A stretch of DNA of 37,715 nt from the NCBI GenBank assembly GCA_022813965.1, contig JALDZS010000212.1, forward strand, positions 1 through 37,715, given 5' to 3'. The notes beneath the pieces are model-generated. The model was not told the DNA's origin and made no database searches. It was given only the letters and a program-made list of their open reading frames with translations. The stretch's first letter is position 1. Every line of letters starts with the position of its first letter. The stretch comes from Toensbergia leucococca. Taxonomy: Eukaryota. Position numbers and translations under genes: made by a program. Below are positions 1 to 12,859 of the stretch, in pieces.

Positions 1-971
1 TGACAGCGTGAATTTGAAAGTTATGCTGAGGATGTTGAATAAAAAAGATACTGTCCGTTGATGATGAGCGGTCAATGAATTTAGATGCCCGGGTCTAACG
101 CTTTGTGGTCTTCCTGGTGGTAGACTGTGGTGTAATCTTAAATGCTTCATACTTAATCGACGTTATAAGAAATCGAGGCAGTTGAGAACTCATTGGACAA
201 AACAACAAAAATACAAATGGCTCACAGCCTTGACAGGGAAACTTCAAGGCGCATAGTATATATAGAATGGTCCTCGTCTTGGAGAACTCATTGGTCTCTC
301 CAAATTCAGGGTTCGTACCATCGTGATTGATAGCTTTGAAACAGAGCAGTCAAAGTGTTGATGAAAGTATTTTTCTGTTTGGGTTAGTGACCCTGAGCTG
401 CGGTATTTTCATCATCCTCGTAGGCTATAGCCAGAGAAAGAGAAGCCTCAGGCTACATATTATGTTCGAGCAATAGAGGAGATCAAAACTAGGACCAGTC
501 TTTTAGGCCAAGTGTTACACGATTGAAAATATAACGAGGGAAGATATGTTAAAGACTCAGGAAAAGTATCAAGAGCCAGTGAGCTTTAGAATACTGATGG
601 TTTGTTTCGCACTTGGCAACTCTTTCTCTCAATGTTCATGGATGTGATGATGAAGATGAAATAGAGATTCATTAGACGTTGACATTCATTCTATTCAGCA
701 AGGGGCTTTCCAGTCCGCCGTATTCTATTCTATTCACGGCTTATTACTCCGTACGGTAGGCAGGAAATTGCGTCACTCTAAAACACGCCAATGTCAACAC
801 TCTTGTAGGGCACAGGAGACAGTGTACAAATGTTCAAGCTGTGTTGAATCGCTTTATTACCCTATCTACTCCCTCATGTCTTAGGGCTCTTCCGAGAAAG
901 TAGTCCAACATCCTTCAGTACCCGCCGAACCCCCAACATATCTGAGTATTGCCGAAAGTCACCAACACCCA

Positions 972-2235
972 ATGAACCCTCACATTTCAATACCTCGACA
1001 GCATGGAGGGCCTTCCACCTTTGGAGGCACTACACAAAATAGCCGGTCCGAGAGCTTCAAGATGCCGCGCTTCTTCAAACGGTCAGTCGGAAGATCCAGT
1101 TCTCCAAGACAAGAACCCCATCAACACAATGCAACCCATCCCAAATTTTACCATGTATGGCAAATATGGCCTGGGTGACTTGACCTGGCTGACCTTTCAA
1201 CTTCCCTCTCCTCAGATTATTCAAGTTCCCGCAGATGGATTTTGAGATGGCCATCTGGGAGATGACAAGCCTGCTCATTGCGCCCAAGAAAGTATTCAGA
1301 TCAATATACTACCATGTAACGCCCCCGTATTCCCATAACTTATATTCCCCCCGGCTAACCCTACCTCCAGAAACGTACGACTCAACTGTTAGCCCCAGCA
1401 CCTTCACGCCCAAGCTAATCCTCCGCCCCTTAAGAAACAAAAAACACCTGGCACCGTCCCGACCCCTCCTTCACCTACCTCCTCTCTTTCTTCATGCTCC
1501 TCACTGGCCTGGCCTGGAGCATCGCATCCTCAACTTCGCCCGCCGCGATCGTACTCTTCCCTCTCGTCTTCGTCTTCATCCACTTCCTCGCTGGCTCCCT
1601 CCTCGTAGCTACGGCCGCCTTCTTCCTGGTGGGCCGACTGCTGGGACCTGGTATTGCGGGACTACCGGGGAGAAGGAGGCAGCAAGGGTTGTTTGCGCAG
1701 GCAGGGGAGGGAGAGCAGTTGGAATTCGGGTACTGTTTTGATGTGAGTTGGGCCGGTCCGATTTGGATCAGGTCGATTTGAAGGCCTGTAGTTGAGCTGA
1801 TTTCTTGTGTTGCGCTGCAGGTCGCGATACGAGCCTTCTTCCCTGTATGGGCATTACTATACGTAGTGCAATTCATCCTCTGGCCTCTAATCTCACAAGA
1901 CTACTGGCAAGCCCCTCTCCCAACCCTCACCCAAATACACGACTAATCCTCAATCTTCCCCCAGGCTCTCCATCTTCTTCGGCAACACCCTCTACCTAGT
2001 CGCCCTAGGATACTACACTATCATTACTTTCTTAGGCTACAACGGCACGTACACTCACAGCCCCTTCCCAGACACACGCGCGACTAACAACCCCCCAACA
2101 GCTCTCCCCTTCCTACACCACACCGAGCTCCTCCTCTCCCCAACCCTCCTCTACACCCTCCTCTGGTTCGCCAGCCTCTTCGGCTTCAACATCCCAAAGA
2201 CCATCGCTCCATTACTGGTAATCGGCGCTCGCTAA
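972..2235 (+). CDS. GMH1: UNC-50/Gmh1 family Golgi integral membrane protein (273 aa, 7 exons)
   Basis: Exons 972-1081, 1216-1315, 1371-1374, 1435-1742, 1821-1906, 1965-2044, 2102-2235 total 822 nt in frame. The product has UNC-50 motifs RLFKFPQMDFEMAIWEM, YYHKQTKNTWHRPDPSF, LEFGYCFDVAIRAFFP and ITFLGYNALPFL, plus several hydrophobic segments. Confidence 0.92.
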
Positions 2236-2897
2236 CTAAGAAAGCAAAACCCCCTCTTCCATACTCGTGCAGCGTGCAGATGTCTGCCGTGATCGGAGGG
2301 AAGGGGGGGACGGAAGGGGCAAGTCAACGCATGTATGAACGGGTTTGATTTAGCGCGGTGTTGGGGCCTGGGTTTTGCGGTATGGAGTAGCCTGATTTTG
2401 GCGCTTTGTTGTGGCCTCGATTGAGTCTGGCTGTCTTGTTCTGGCTCATTGGAATCGATGCAAGCATGGTGTTGGATGAGAGCGTTAATAATCCAATGCA
2501 TCACATCATTCATCTTCATATTAATAATAATTGCACAGACCAAAATGATGTTCCGTGTCCTATGCTGTTTGCTTCACGGGGGAATATTCGTGTAATGGAT
2601 TTGCAGATAACAATATGAAAGCCGTCACTCAAGCTGATGATTTTTGTAGCTAGTTCAATTAGATAAACCCTTTTGTACAAAGACGAGAATAGCAATTCTT
2701 TTCGATGGCATTGAATTCTAACGCTTCAATAGAAGACACGTGGTATTTGAGATAGGATTGGAAGCGCACCTCTGGGTCTGGATTGCTTCATTGTTTTTAC
2801 CCTACAGCCGAGATGATTAAATTCCGAGATTGTATGGTACAGTCGAAAAGCCTCCAAGACCCAAGTATATTCCTCACCCGCCTCTCCCATGACACCA

Positions 2898-3971
2898 TCA
2901 CCCCTTCTCCCCCTCCTTCGGCGGCAACAAAACAACATACTCCCTCTCACTCTCCCCAAACCCCAAAACATCCCCACTCCTCACCTCCACAAACCGGCCT
3001 TCGGGCACCTTTTCCCCATTAACCCTCGTCCCATTCGCGCTCTCCAAATCAATCACATACAGCCTCACTCCCCCCTCCTTCTCCCCAAACTCTCCCCTCT
3101 TCTCCACGTGCCGGAATTGCAACACGGCGTGTTGTTTGCTGCAGCTGGGGTGCTCGGTGGGGCAGTCGACGATGGCGCGGTCGCGGCCGAAGAGCCAGCA
3201 GGAGCGGGTGTGGAGGGGGAGGGTGGAGAGGAGGGAGGGGCCTTTGAAGATGTAGAGGAGGTAGGGGAGGGAGGGGGGTGGGAGGCGGGCGGAGGGGGGT
3301 TCGTTGTATTTTAGGGGGGTGGTGGTGTTGGGGGCGGAGTTGGCTTCGGTGTAGAGTTTTCCGGAGGGGGCGTAGTTGGGGGCTTGTTTTGAAGGGGGGG
3401 AGGGTGCAGTGAGGGTTGTTGTTATTGGTTGGGGGCCCGAGGATTTGTCTGTGTAGGCTTGGTTTTGGGAGGGGAGGGGTGCGTGGGAGCGAATGGATTT
3501 GGTGGGTTGACGGGGTGGGGAGGAGGTGTAGGATTGGGTACGGTGATGTTTGGGGTGGGAGTAGGGGTTGGGAGAGTTGTGGGAGTGCTTGAGGGATCGG
3601 TTGCGCGGGTCTGGTGGGCTTCTTGAGCGAGTTCTCTTGTGGTGTCGAGGTCTTGAATCGTCTCTTCTGCGGGGGTCATTCCGGTGACTTGTTCTGTCTG
3701 TGTCTCTTTCTCTGTTCCGGTCTTGATTTCCGTAGTCACGGTTCCTGGTTCCCTCTCTGCTTCGCTCTCTTTTTCCGCTTCTACTCCGGTCTCTCATTCT
3801 GTCTCTGTCCGTTTCTCTGCTCCGATCTCTTATTCCATCTCTCCTCCAGCTTCTATTCATACTCCTAACTCGCTCGTCGGCATTACGCCTGCGATGTCGG
3901 TCATCGGAGTCGGAGGAATATGACGATGGCCTTGATCTTCGCTCTCGATGGGCAGGATCATGATCTGGCAT
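2898..3971 (-). CDS. PML1: FHA-domain protein, SNIP1/Pml1 (RES splicing complex) homolog, ~357 aa
   Basis: Single exon. Arg/Asp/Ser-rich N-terminus, then PNYAPSGKL and LKYNEPPSAR, then an FHA core (WLFGRD, HPSCSKQHAVLQFR, YVIDLESANGT, LGFGESEREYV). Start placed at ATG 3971 (MPDHDP); the ORF-track start at 4103 is TTG and an upstream ATG near 3995 is possible. Confidence 0.9.
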   Translation of the reverse strand: MPDHDPAHRERRSRPSSYSSDSDDRHRRRNADERVRSMNRSWRRDGIRDRSRETDRDRMRDRSRSGKRERSREGTRNRDYGNQDRNRERDTDRTSHRNDPRRRDDSRPRHHKRTRSRSPPDPRNRSLKHSHNSPNPYSHPKHHRTQSYTSSPPRQPTKSIRSHAPLPSQNQAYTDKSSGPQPITTTLTAPSPPSKQAPNYAPSGKLYTEANSAPNTTTPLKYNEPPSARLPPPSLPYLLYIFKGPSLLSTLPLHTRSCWLFGRDRAIVDCPTEHPSCSKQHAVLQFRHVEKRGEFGEKEGGVRLYVIDLESANGTRVNGEKVPEGRFVEVRSGDVLGFGESEREYVVLLPPKEGEKG

Positions 3972-4735
3972 TCTGACGATGTGATTGGTGAGCATGGAGT
4001 GGGTCGGGAAGTCGGGAATGAGGTTGCCTAGAATAGGTAGAATATTTCTCAAATCCGAAGCTAGAAAGTGGTAAGAACATGAGGCTGGAATGTGGCTGAA
4101 CAACGGCAGAGCTTCCTAATAACAAGGGCAGTGATTGGGTGTACCAGAGACGAGATTGAGATTGCTTCTCCTCAACCGTGCATCAGAAATAAGAAGCGAG
4201 AGTCATAGCGCATCGCAGATAAGGTATCTCGTATCTTCTAGAGTGCATTGAAACAATGGTTACACATGGTAGAGGTGTACCGTGTAATGATGGACTTGAA
4301 GTAGAGTCGAGCTTGACCCATATCCTAGCAGTGTTGATATGAACCAGAGGTGTAATCGATTACGACAGAATATGTAGAGAAAACGGCTTGCATTTCTGTG
4401 ATGCAGCCAGGCGAGCTGCATTAGAATAATGTGCAGGTCCAACCCCTAGAACTATTCTAAATTATCCATTCGTTTCATCGTCGACGGAATTTTCCCATTG
4501 ATTGCTTCATGTTCCATCACAAATACTCAACTCTTATACTATTTGCACCTTCTTGACCTTGACAACTCACAATCGCGACCATGCCATGAGCACATCTTTA
4601 TTGAGCTGCTGTCTATTATCCTCCTAGTGCCAATGACGCCCCCAATTCATTGACTTTTCCGCCCGTCAATAGTCACTGCATGCTCGGCTACACATTCCTG
4701 TGCTTTGATCGAGGCAACTCAATGAGCTCACGCTC

Positions 4736-7700
4736 ATGATGCACAATCAGCCAAATTCTCCGAAAGCTTCGATGAACCGGAATCTATCAACGCCTATCGA
4801 CATCCTGCTACCTAAACCACCACCCGACACTCAGACACCACCGCCCAAGAACCGAGCCGCCAGAGCTAAGGCCCACTCAAGAGGGCCCAGGAGCCGTCCC
4901 GCCCTCCGTGAGACATTTTTGGACTATCCTCCAAGAAGCGACAATGCAAGGGGCAAAGCAAATGCGCATGCCCGTCCGAGAGATTCCCACGATCTGTCCT
5001 TGTCACCAAGACATGTCACTCGTGACTCCATCGTCGACAATATGCTGCTGTCATTGAATGGAGGCTCGAGCCCAGATCACTCCAGCGTCTTTTCCGCTCT
5101 CGAGGACGATCCGCGCCTGAAATCGCCGAGAGCTAGTCGTCATCGCGGACATGCCCAGTCCTCCTCCTATTCTCCAGAAATTGCATCCAATCTTGATGAC
5201 CCTTCCAGCCGATACTCCAAACGTCTCTCACGTAGTCGTCGGAGCAACAGCAGCTCAAATTTTCATTCTGGACTTCGGAGGATAAAAAGCATTCGTCCAG
5301 AGGATCGGAACAGTGAAGACGCATTGGGGGAACTATACGATGGATCAAAGCCAACGTCTTCTGCTGGGACAGTGTCGCCCATAACATCAAGAGGCGGTAG
5401 ATTGGGCAGTAAAAGCAGTAAATCGTCTGGCCTCAACTCCGAATCGTGGTCGGCCGGTTCTAGATGGCCCCACTCGATTGGTCGACGTTCATCAAGTTTC
5501 GACCAGTCGCAGAGCAATCAACCCTCATATTCTTCATCTCTGATCTCGGCCACACATTCGCCAATAACGAATAGCCGCTTCCAGCCGCTTCGATTTGATG
5601 CGACTGAAGCCGCGCCTACACCGACTGTACCTGCCGGTCCTCGTAGAGACAACTCACCGCTAACGACATTTAAATTTCCCCCGCAAGCGATTCATGCGCC
5701 CTCTCAGGATCCCGCATACCTACAAAAGAATAGCGATCCATCTCACAGAATTCATTACACTTGGAAGGGCAAGGTCGATACTCCAAAGGATGCTGAGGAA
5801 ATAGGGGAAGCTCTGAATGGAATGGAAGCGAGGAGTATTACGCCTGAATTACCTCCTCCGCCAGCTTTCGTGGGACCACGCGCACCAAGCCCTGTAGTGT
5901 CGTATCGGAAACCGAGCAGATCTGTACAAGGTGGAGCTTCACAAGATAGACCTGGTTTCTTTAGAAGGATGTTTGGGTCATCAAGAAACTCTTCACCTTT
6001 GCCGCAAGATCTACGTCCTCCACAGCTCATGCCACATGATCGTTCGACTTCACGGAGTAGTGCGAGGACCGACAGTCGCCTGGGGTCGCATTTCTTACCG
6101 CCCAGCCGGCTGAGTAAGCCGTCTGTGGTAGAGACGACGGATCCTATGAAGCAGAGTACTCCTGCTCCCTTGAGTAAGAAAACATCTTCGTTCTTTCGGC
6201 GAAGGAAACAATCAATCTCCGAAAATCGTCCACCACCGACGATGTTACCATCACATTTGCGGCCGACTACTCGAGACGGTACAAGCGAAGCTATTCCCGA
6301 GCCCAGCCCTGTCAGCAGTCTTCGTCAGGTAATGAATCCGTACCTCAACAGCCCAGTGCCATCGCAGCATCACCCGAGTACTATCGGGCTCGACTCAGAG
6401 ATTAGCGACTATGATGCTGCATTTCTAGCTGGTTATCTCGCACGTAATGAGTCTACGATGGATCCTACAGTCTCTCCGAAGAAGTCTAAGAAAAGTATTA
6501 GCATTGCGTCGTTACGGGCACGTAGTGATATGACCTCTCGGGCTGATAGTATCCTATCTAATGAGTCTACTGCTCCGACTACACTTTCGCGAAAAGGGCA
6601 CAGGGATGATGGTAACAGCCTTCCATCATTACAAGCCGAATCCGAGGATGCGTTTATAGCTGGTTATCTTGCTCGCAACGAGTCTACCGTCAAGCATCCT
6701 GTGTCTCCACGAAATGCGCGTATGAGTAGTTTAGGTAGCAAACCACCACGGGAAGACCCTGCTGAGGCGGCCTTTCTGGCCGCTTGTTACTTTGCACGTA
6801 ACGATTCAATGACTCGAGATCCATTTACACCAGTAGAGCCGGCGGACAATGATGTCAGCTCTCCATCACCACGAGGTCGAGGTGATCTTAATTCAACCTC
6901 GCAAGAAATCCCTAAGTCTGGGGACGACATTCTAAGCGAGAGAGAAAACGACTCGTTCCTACACGAAAGGAATGACGACAGCGGCGATGAAACTAAAACC
7001 GGCGACAGGACGACGAACGAAGTTTTCAAATCTTCGGGTCAATTTGATACCAATCAGCCAACGCCACGCTTCTCCTCGGATTCTCTGCGGCGCCACGAAA
7101 ACGATGGAATGAGCGTGTGTGCTGTAGATACCGTACGACAAGCAGGCCATCGAACAAAAGACTCTACAGGAACTCTGAGACCATTGTCAAGGCGATGCAG
7201 CAATATCCCTACGTCGACTCGCGTCTCCAGCATCACTCCGAAAAGCCTCGATTCAAACGATTGGAATCCTCCTCTTCGTATTACACCTTCAAAGGGAATG
7301 GGATCCCCGGGTATTTCTTCAAGTAAACCCAGCCGGGTTTACCTCAAGCCAACGGCTTCCGAGGAAGAGCTCGGCATTGATTCAAAGAAATTCTCTTTGC
7401 CTCTCGAAGGGACGCTCAGTTCTACGCAAGCGTCTATGTCGAATGTCAGCTACTACTCAACGTCATCGCAGTTGCCAGAAGTACAGGTTGATGATCATAG
7501 CAATGATGTACAGCCGAGTATTGATATGTTACCAAGTGATGAGGCACCAAGTGATGTAGCTCCTAGCGATGTGACACCCGAGAATGATGAAATTGGCCTG
7601 ATTGAAAATGGGCTAGATGGTAGTGTTGATGTCGATTCAACAGAACCCACTGAGGAGGATCGGACAAAGGCGAGGGAAATCTACTGTGGTGATGAAAGTA

Positions 7701-10027
7701 TTGTCAGTAAGGCAAAAGCCGCCGCTTGGCTTGGAGATTCCGGTCTAGACCGCGCTCGTGTTCGACGTGCTTACATGGAACTTTTTGGCTGGAAACATCT
7801 GAACATCCTAGCAGCTCTGAGAATGTTTTGTAGCCGCATCTTATTGAAAGGGGAGACTCAACAGGTGGACCGGGTCCTCGATGCCTTTTCCTCGAGGTGG
7901 TGTGCCTGTAACCCTGATCATGGTTTCAAAGCTACAGGTATTTTGAAGCTTTCAATATTCTTGATATGAAATTAACACGAGTTTAGATGTTGTTCACACA
8001 ATCAGCTATTCGATTCTACTTCTCAATACCGATCTTCACATGGCCGAAATCGAGCAGAAAATGACCAGATCACAGTTCATCAAGAACACTATACCTTCTA
8101 TTCGACGGGTTGCAGCGGACGCTGCACCAGACGGTTTTGAGATAGTGCGAGTTTCTACCTTGTCGCCTGCCAGATCTCCAATAGCATGGGTTGAGGGACC
8201 TTCAGGGGGTGGAAGGTCACCGACATTCCCTTTCGATACTCAGCAACGGCGCATATCAAACGATGGCCGGCGGCCAAATTATCGGCTTTCGACAAGACCA
8301 TCCGATCAGTCGGGTCAAGAATTGTTATCAAGTCACACAGCAACACCCCTCGATTACGATGCGCCAATTGATGATTGCGGACCATTGGTCAAAGCCCCAT
8401 TCCATGGGAAATTGAGTACTTGGGAGGTTCAAGTAGAAATCGTACTGAAAGATTTTTATAATTCCATCAGCAAGCAACGATTGCCTCTTCATAGACATGA
8501 GACTACAGAACTTCTGACCGAGGCCAAACCCTCAACTAGTAGCCTCTCAGTCTTCAGTGGAAATCTACTACGTCGCACTCCTAGCACGCTTAGCAAAGCC
8601 GGCTCCGAGAACTATGATCCCAGGGGGCGGCCGTTGGAGCACCGTTTTGGCACTGGTCGATGGACATCAAAAACTCGGTCTCGTCCACGTCTTTATCCTG
8701 CATCTACCGTTACTTCGAGTAGGACAAGTCTCGATGATCAATCCTCCGGGTGGTCACCGTCAGTGTCGAGCACTTGGAGTAGATACTCTTTTGGAAGGAC
8801 TCAGACCTCGATGTCTGTCGATTCATTCACGTCTAGCTTTCCGCAAGCCGACTACCAGCAATCTATCGGGTTTGCAAATGCTCTGAGCCAAGCTATCATT
8901 CGAGAGGAAGCTGCCATCACTGATCCTATTGAAGAGAATCTTCGCGTGGCTTCTCTACTCGAGGATGAGAGCCTTGAGCTGGCTGGCGCGCCATGGGCAA
9001 AGGAAGGGATTTTGAAGCACAAGCACCACCTTGAGTCTGTGGACAAAAAGGCAAAAGATCGAAACTGGACGGAATGTTTTGCGGTAGTTGAGAAGGGCTA
9101 CTTGAGTCTGTTCTCCTTTAGTATGAATGCGAAGTCAATGCGACAGAAAGCCAAGAACCAGAAAGCTCCGGGTAATGTTGTTGGTGGCGGAAATTGGACA
9201 GAAAATGCAGAAGCTCTTGGAAAGTTCATGCTACGTCACACCATTGCCAGTGCTCTTCCTCCACCAGGCTATTCGAGAGCTAGACCGAATGTCTGGGCAT
9301 TGAGTCTGCCTACTGGTGCTGTTCATCTCTTTTCGGTCGGTACTCCGGAGATTGTCAAAGAGTTTGTCAGTACTGCAAATTACTGGAGTGCAAGATTGTC
9401 CAAAGAACCTTTAGTTGGAGGTGTAAGCAACGTGGAGTATGGTTGGGGTGAGGGTGTCATCAATACAGCTTTGATATCCAACGAAGCTAGACCTCCTTCG
9501 GCTGCTAATGCTGTGTCTCGACCGAGTCTTCAGAGTTCAATTAGAAGCTCTCTCGATCAAGGAAGCATTCGGCCAAAGTTGCCAGGTGATCGCGTTATCG
9601 TAAATGAATGGACCCCTCCCCAGCAGACCATGACAGCCAGCACATTGATGGAAGTAGATCAGCTAAAGGGGCTATCAACGTATGTGAAGAATATTGAGGA
9701 GGAATTACAGAAGCATAATGAATTGAGAGGTGCGATGTTGTTAGCGGTAAGTGCAGGTCACAGAGCGGATTTTCATCTGGCCAAAAGCTAAGCCTTGAGC
9801 AGTTCTCTACCCGACACCCGAATTCGGGAAAGGCAATGGCCAACTGGGAGCGCAAGTCTTCGTATCTTCTGAGAGAGATTGTCAAGTTTAGGACGTATAT
9901 CGACTGTCTCCAAGCGACGCAGGCGCAAAAGGAGAAGATTTACGCCGAGAGAGCTCCGGCTTCGATAGAGGAGCAGACTGGAGAGATTGCCGTTACGGAA
10001 ATTGCTGCTAGCCTCGTTTCCGATTGA
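4736..10027 (+). CDS. SYT1: Sec7 + PH domain ARF guanine-nucleotide exchange factor, Syt1-like (~1728 aa, 3 exons)
   Basis: Exons 4736-7937, 7987-9746, 9803-10027, with GT-AG introns, in frame. The Sec7 motifs LKGETQQVDRVLDAFSSRW and DVVHTISYSILLLNTDLH span intron 1. PH domain runs from PWAKEGILKHKH to TANYWSARLSKEPL. Long disordered N-terminus; exact start uncertain. Confidence 0.9.
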
Positions 10028-11043
10028 GCAAGACTGGTTTCTTGTTTCCAAGGTGAATTTGGCTGCGGATTGTAATGATCAACGTATGGGAATATATGGG
10101 TGTTTCTTGAGTCTTTCAATGTTTTTTCTAGCCTGCCTGTGAGCGTTTCCCCTTATACCCTTTGAAGCTATTGATTCGTGGTGGAGTCGTTTGCTTTTTT
10201 CTTTCTTGCTTTACTTCTTGTCAATGCAAATAGTTGTGCTTCATCTTCACTCTTCGCTTTTCGAATCTTAGAGACATAGAGAGGGAGGAATGTGGTGGCT
10301 GCTTGGATAGCTTCAAATCAATGGTGAGCCTCGGCTTCCATTCTCTTTTTCTTGCGGGCTGGAACATGTATATATTCTAGGTTGGTGTAGTATATACATA
10401 TGTTTATCTCAAGTAACAATTCTCAAAATGTTTATAGATCAGTTGAAGAGCGTTGTCCGCATTGAGGCAAGTGCTTTGTGAAGGTTGAGAAGATAATCAG
10501 TAATCATTTAAATGCAGCCAGTCGGGTATGCCCGCGTTGAACACTACTCATTTTTTTGTCGTTTGCAGAGATTTAAATGATTAGTCCTGCCGAGCTTCCT
10601 GAAATCTGAAATATGCCACGACCATCTGAGTCAGCTGAGTGTGAAGAATGGAATGAAGAATGAGAATTTGAATATGACAATGTCTCTTCGGGTGAAGAAG
10701 ACCGGGGCGTTTGAAAAGCCACTTGGTCAATTATCCCGTCTTGCTAGTCTCGCCTTGTCTACTCCAATCGATCGTGACGTGATCTCCATGAGATTAACTC
10801 GAGAGAATCAATCACTAAACATGTTCCTGCAATTTAAAGCTCGGCTCATTCAATTCCACATTGAGCCTCGATGCTGTGATGGTTGTATTTCAGTTTTTGC
10901 AGATTCGAGAATACTAATCTCTTTTTTTCAAGAACTATAGAATATAGAATGTCTAGACCATCGCGTTCAACTACTCTCCAAAATATCCAGAATTCGTTCC
11001 TCTGTTCTTTGCTCTCACCATGTTTCCCTGACCAAGTCAAGAC

Positions 11044-12433
11044 ATGAAACGCCCCTATTGCAATGCTGCTCTGCTCTTCCTTCCTGCGCTCTTCACCCTG
11101 TTCAATTCCGCACGCGGATACGGCACATGCGTAAATCTCACAATTCCAGTCACCATCACCGCCCAAGCCTTCACCCTTGAAGTTCCCCCCTTCAAAAACA
11201 ACTTCGAGTCCACCAGCTTCATCAACCAAGTCACCAGAAGAGGCGCTTCTGGAAGCCCTATCACAGGCAAGACAAACTTCACGGCCACTTATTCCATAGA
11301 CGCAACATACTGCACCCCCACCGTCCGAAACCCCGAGTGCGACACCTTGCAAATCTTGACCCACGGCCTGGGCTTCGATAAAAAGTAAGTCAAAAAGGCC
11401 CCGTCCGCTTCCCCAATTCTCCTCGCCCCCCCGCCCCCCAACTCCCCAGCAAATAAACAGTAAACTCACATCTCCCCCTTCCCTGAAACAGCTACTGGGA
11501 CTTCATCCTCGTCCCCGGAAACTACAGCTACGTCGCCGCCGCCCTCCGCGCCGGCTTCTCCACCTTCGCCTACTCCCGCCTCGGCACCGGCCTCTCCGCA
11601 AAACCAAACCCCTACACCACCATCAACTCACCCACCGAACTCGCCATCCTCGCCCAACTCACCCGCCTCCTCCGCTCCTCCTCCCTCCCCAACACCCCCA
11701 CCCCCCACACCCACTACACCCACACCGGCCACAGCTACGGCTCCATGCTCAGCAACGCCCTCGTCGCCCTCGACCCCTCCGCCTCCGACGGCCTGGTCCT
11801 AACGGGCTACTCCAACAATTTCGCATTCGAGGGCCTTTTTTTGGCTACGACGGGCCATCTGGCGAGCCTGAACCAGCCGCGGCGCTTCGGGGGTCATAGC
11901 TCCGGCTTCATCACGTGGGCGGATGTGTTCTGTAATCAGTATTCCTTCCTCAGTTTCCCGTTTTTTGATCCCGCCGTCGCTGCAGCGGCCGAGGCGACGA
12001 AATGGCCTTTTACGGTCGGCGAAATCGTATCGGAGCCTGTGCTCGCGGCGCCGGAATACAAAGGTCCTGTTTTGGTAAAATTTCCCCTTTCCCCCCCTTT
12101 TTCTTCCTCCCCAGAAATATTACCCCATAAAAGTCCACCCAAAAAAACAGACCCTCCATACCCCTCCCCCAAACCTGCGTTCACTAACACACCCCCCCCC
12201 AAAAAAAACAGTTCCTAAACGGCCAATTCGACCTCATCTTCTGCGGCGGCAACTGCACCAACATTGTCGTCGACGGCCCCACTTCCATCTCCCGCTCTGA
12301 GATCTTTCCGGCCGCGAGCGCGTTTGAGGTTTATGTCCAGCCGAGGGCGGGACATGCGGTTAATTTGCACTTTAATTCTACGGGGGCGTATGGGGTTGCG
12401 TTTGCGTTTTTGAAGAGGCATGGGCTTGGGTAG
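11044..12433 (+). CDS. Secreted alpha/beta-hydrolase fold protein (381 aa, 3 exons)
   Basis: Exons 11044-11384, 11492-12074, 12212-12433. Signal-peptide-like N-terminus, LQILTHGLGFDKNYW oxyanion region, GHSYG nucleophile elbow, candidate Asp in NGQFD and His in AGHAVNLH. Confidence 0.88.
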
Positions 12434-12439
12434 GTGTTG

Positions 12440-12560
12440 GGTGGGGGATAGGGGGGTGGGGGATAGGGAGGTGGGGGATAGGGAGGTGGGGGATAGGGGG
12501 AAGGGGGGAGGGGGGAGGGGAAAGGGGTTAAGGGGTGGAGGGGTGAGGGGGAAAGGGGGA
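12440..12560. repeat. G-rich tandem repeat (~15-bp unit GGGGGATAGGGAGGT, about 4 copies) followed by G-runs
   Basis: Directly visible just 3' of the hydrolase stop codon; many runs of 3 or more G. Confidence 0.85.
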
Positions 12561-12726
12561 TGTGGGAAAAATGGGTGGGGTTTTTTCTTTCCTTTTCTTC
12601 TCTTTTCTTTTCCTTCTTCTTTTTGTATTTCCGTGTCAATATACTTTTCTATAATTCATTACAGTATAGAAAATATCTTTTTGTTTCTGGTCTTTCTTTG
12701 TCTTCATCTGGGAACTTTCTCTGCTG

Positions 12727-12850
12727 CGGCTGGCTGGCTGGCTGACTGACTGACTGAGTGACTGAGTGACTGACTGAGTGACTGACTGACTGGCTGACTG
12801 ATTGACTGGCTGGCTGGCTGAGTGGCTGGCTGGTTGGCTGAGTGGCTGGT
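12727..12850. repeat. Compound tetranucleotide microsatellite (GGCT)n/(GACT)n/(GAGT)
   Basis: ggctggctggct gactgactgact gagtgactgagtgact... spans about 120 bp. Confidence 0.92.
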
Positions 12851-12859
12851 GGCTTTTGG

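Noticed and set aside
184..294. 13-bp direct repeat GAGAACTCATTGG, two copies
   Set aside because: Only two short copies with no array or element structure; function cannot be supported.
300..420. Possible C/D-box snoRNA on the minus strand (ATGATGA ... CTGA) with loose similarity to an LSU rRNA segment
   Set aside because: The putative guide has several mismatches to the rRNA sequence as I recall it, and there is no terminal stem. The region is more simply promoter DNA.
7531..7578. Short PSDEA/PSDVA/PSDVT triple repeat in Syt1
   Set aside because: A 15-bp slippage-type repeat in a disordered linker; unremarkable.
10846..11469. 207-aa minus-strand ORF and the many other antisense ORFs overlapping called genes
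   Set aside because: Shadow frames of GC-rich coding sequence with no recognisable motifs.
12727..12850. CRISPR-like or telomeric array
   Set aside because: Simple 4-bp repeats without unique spacers; TTAGGG occurs only as isolated copies in the window.
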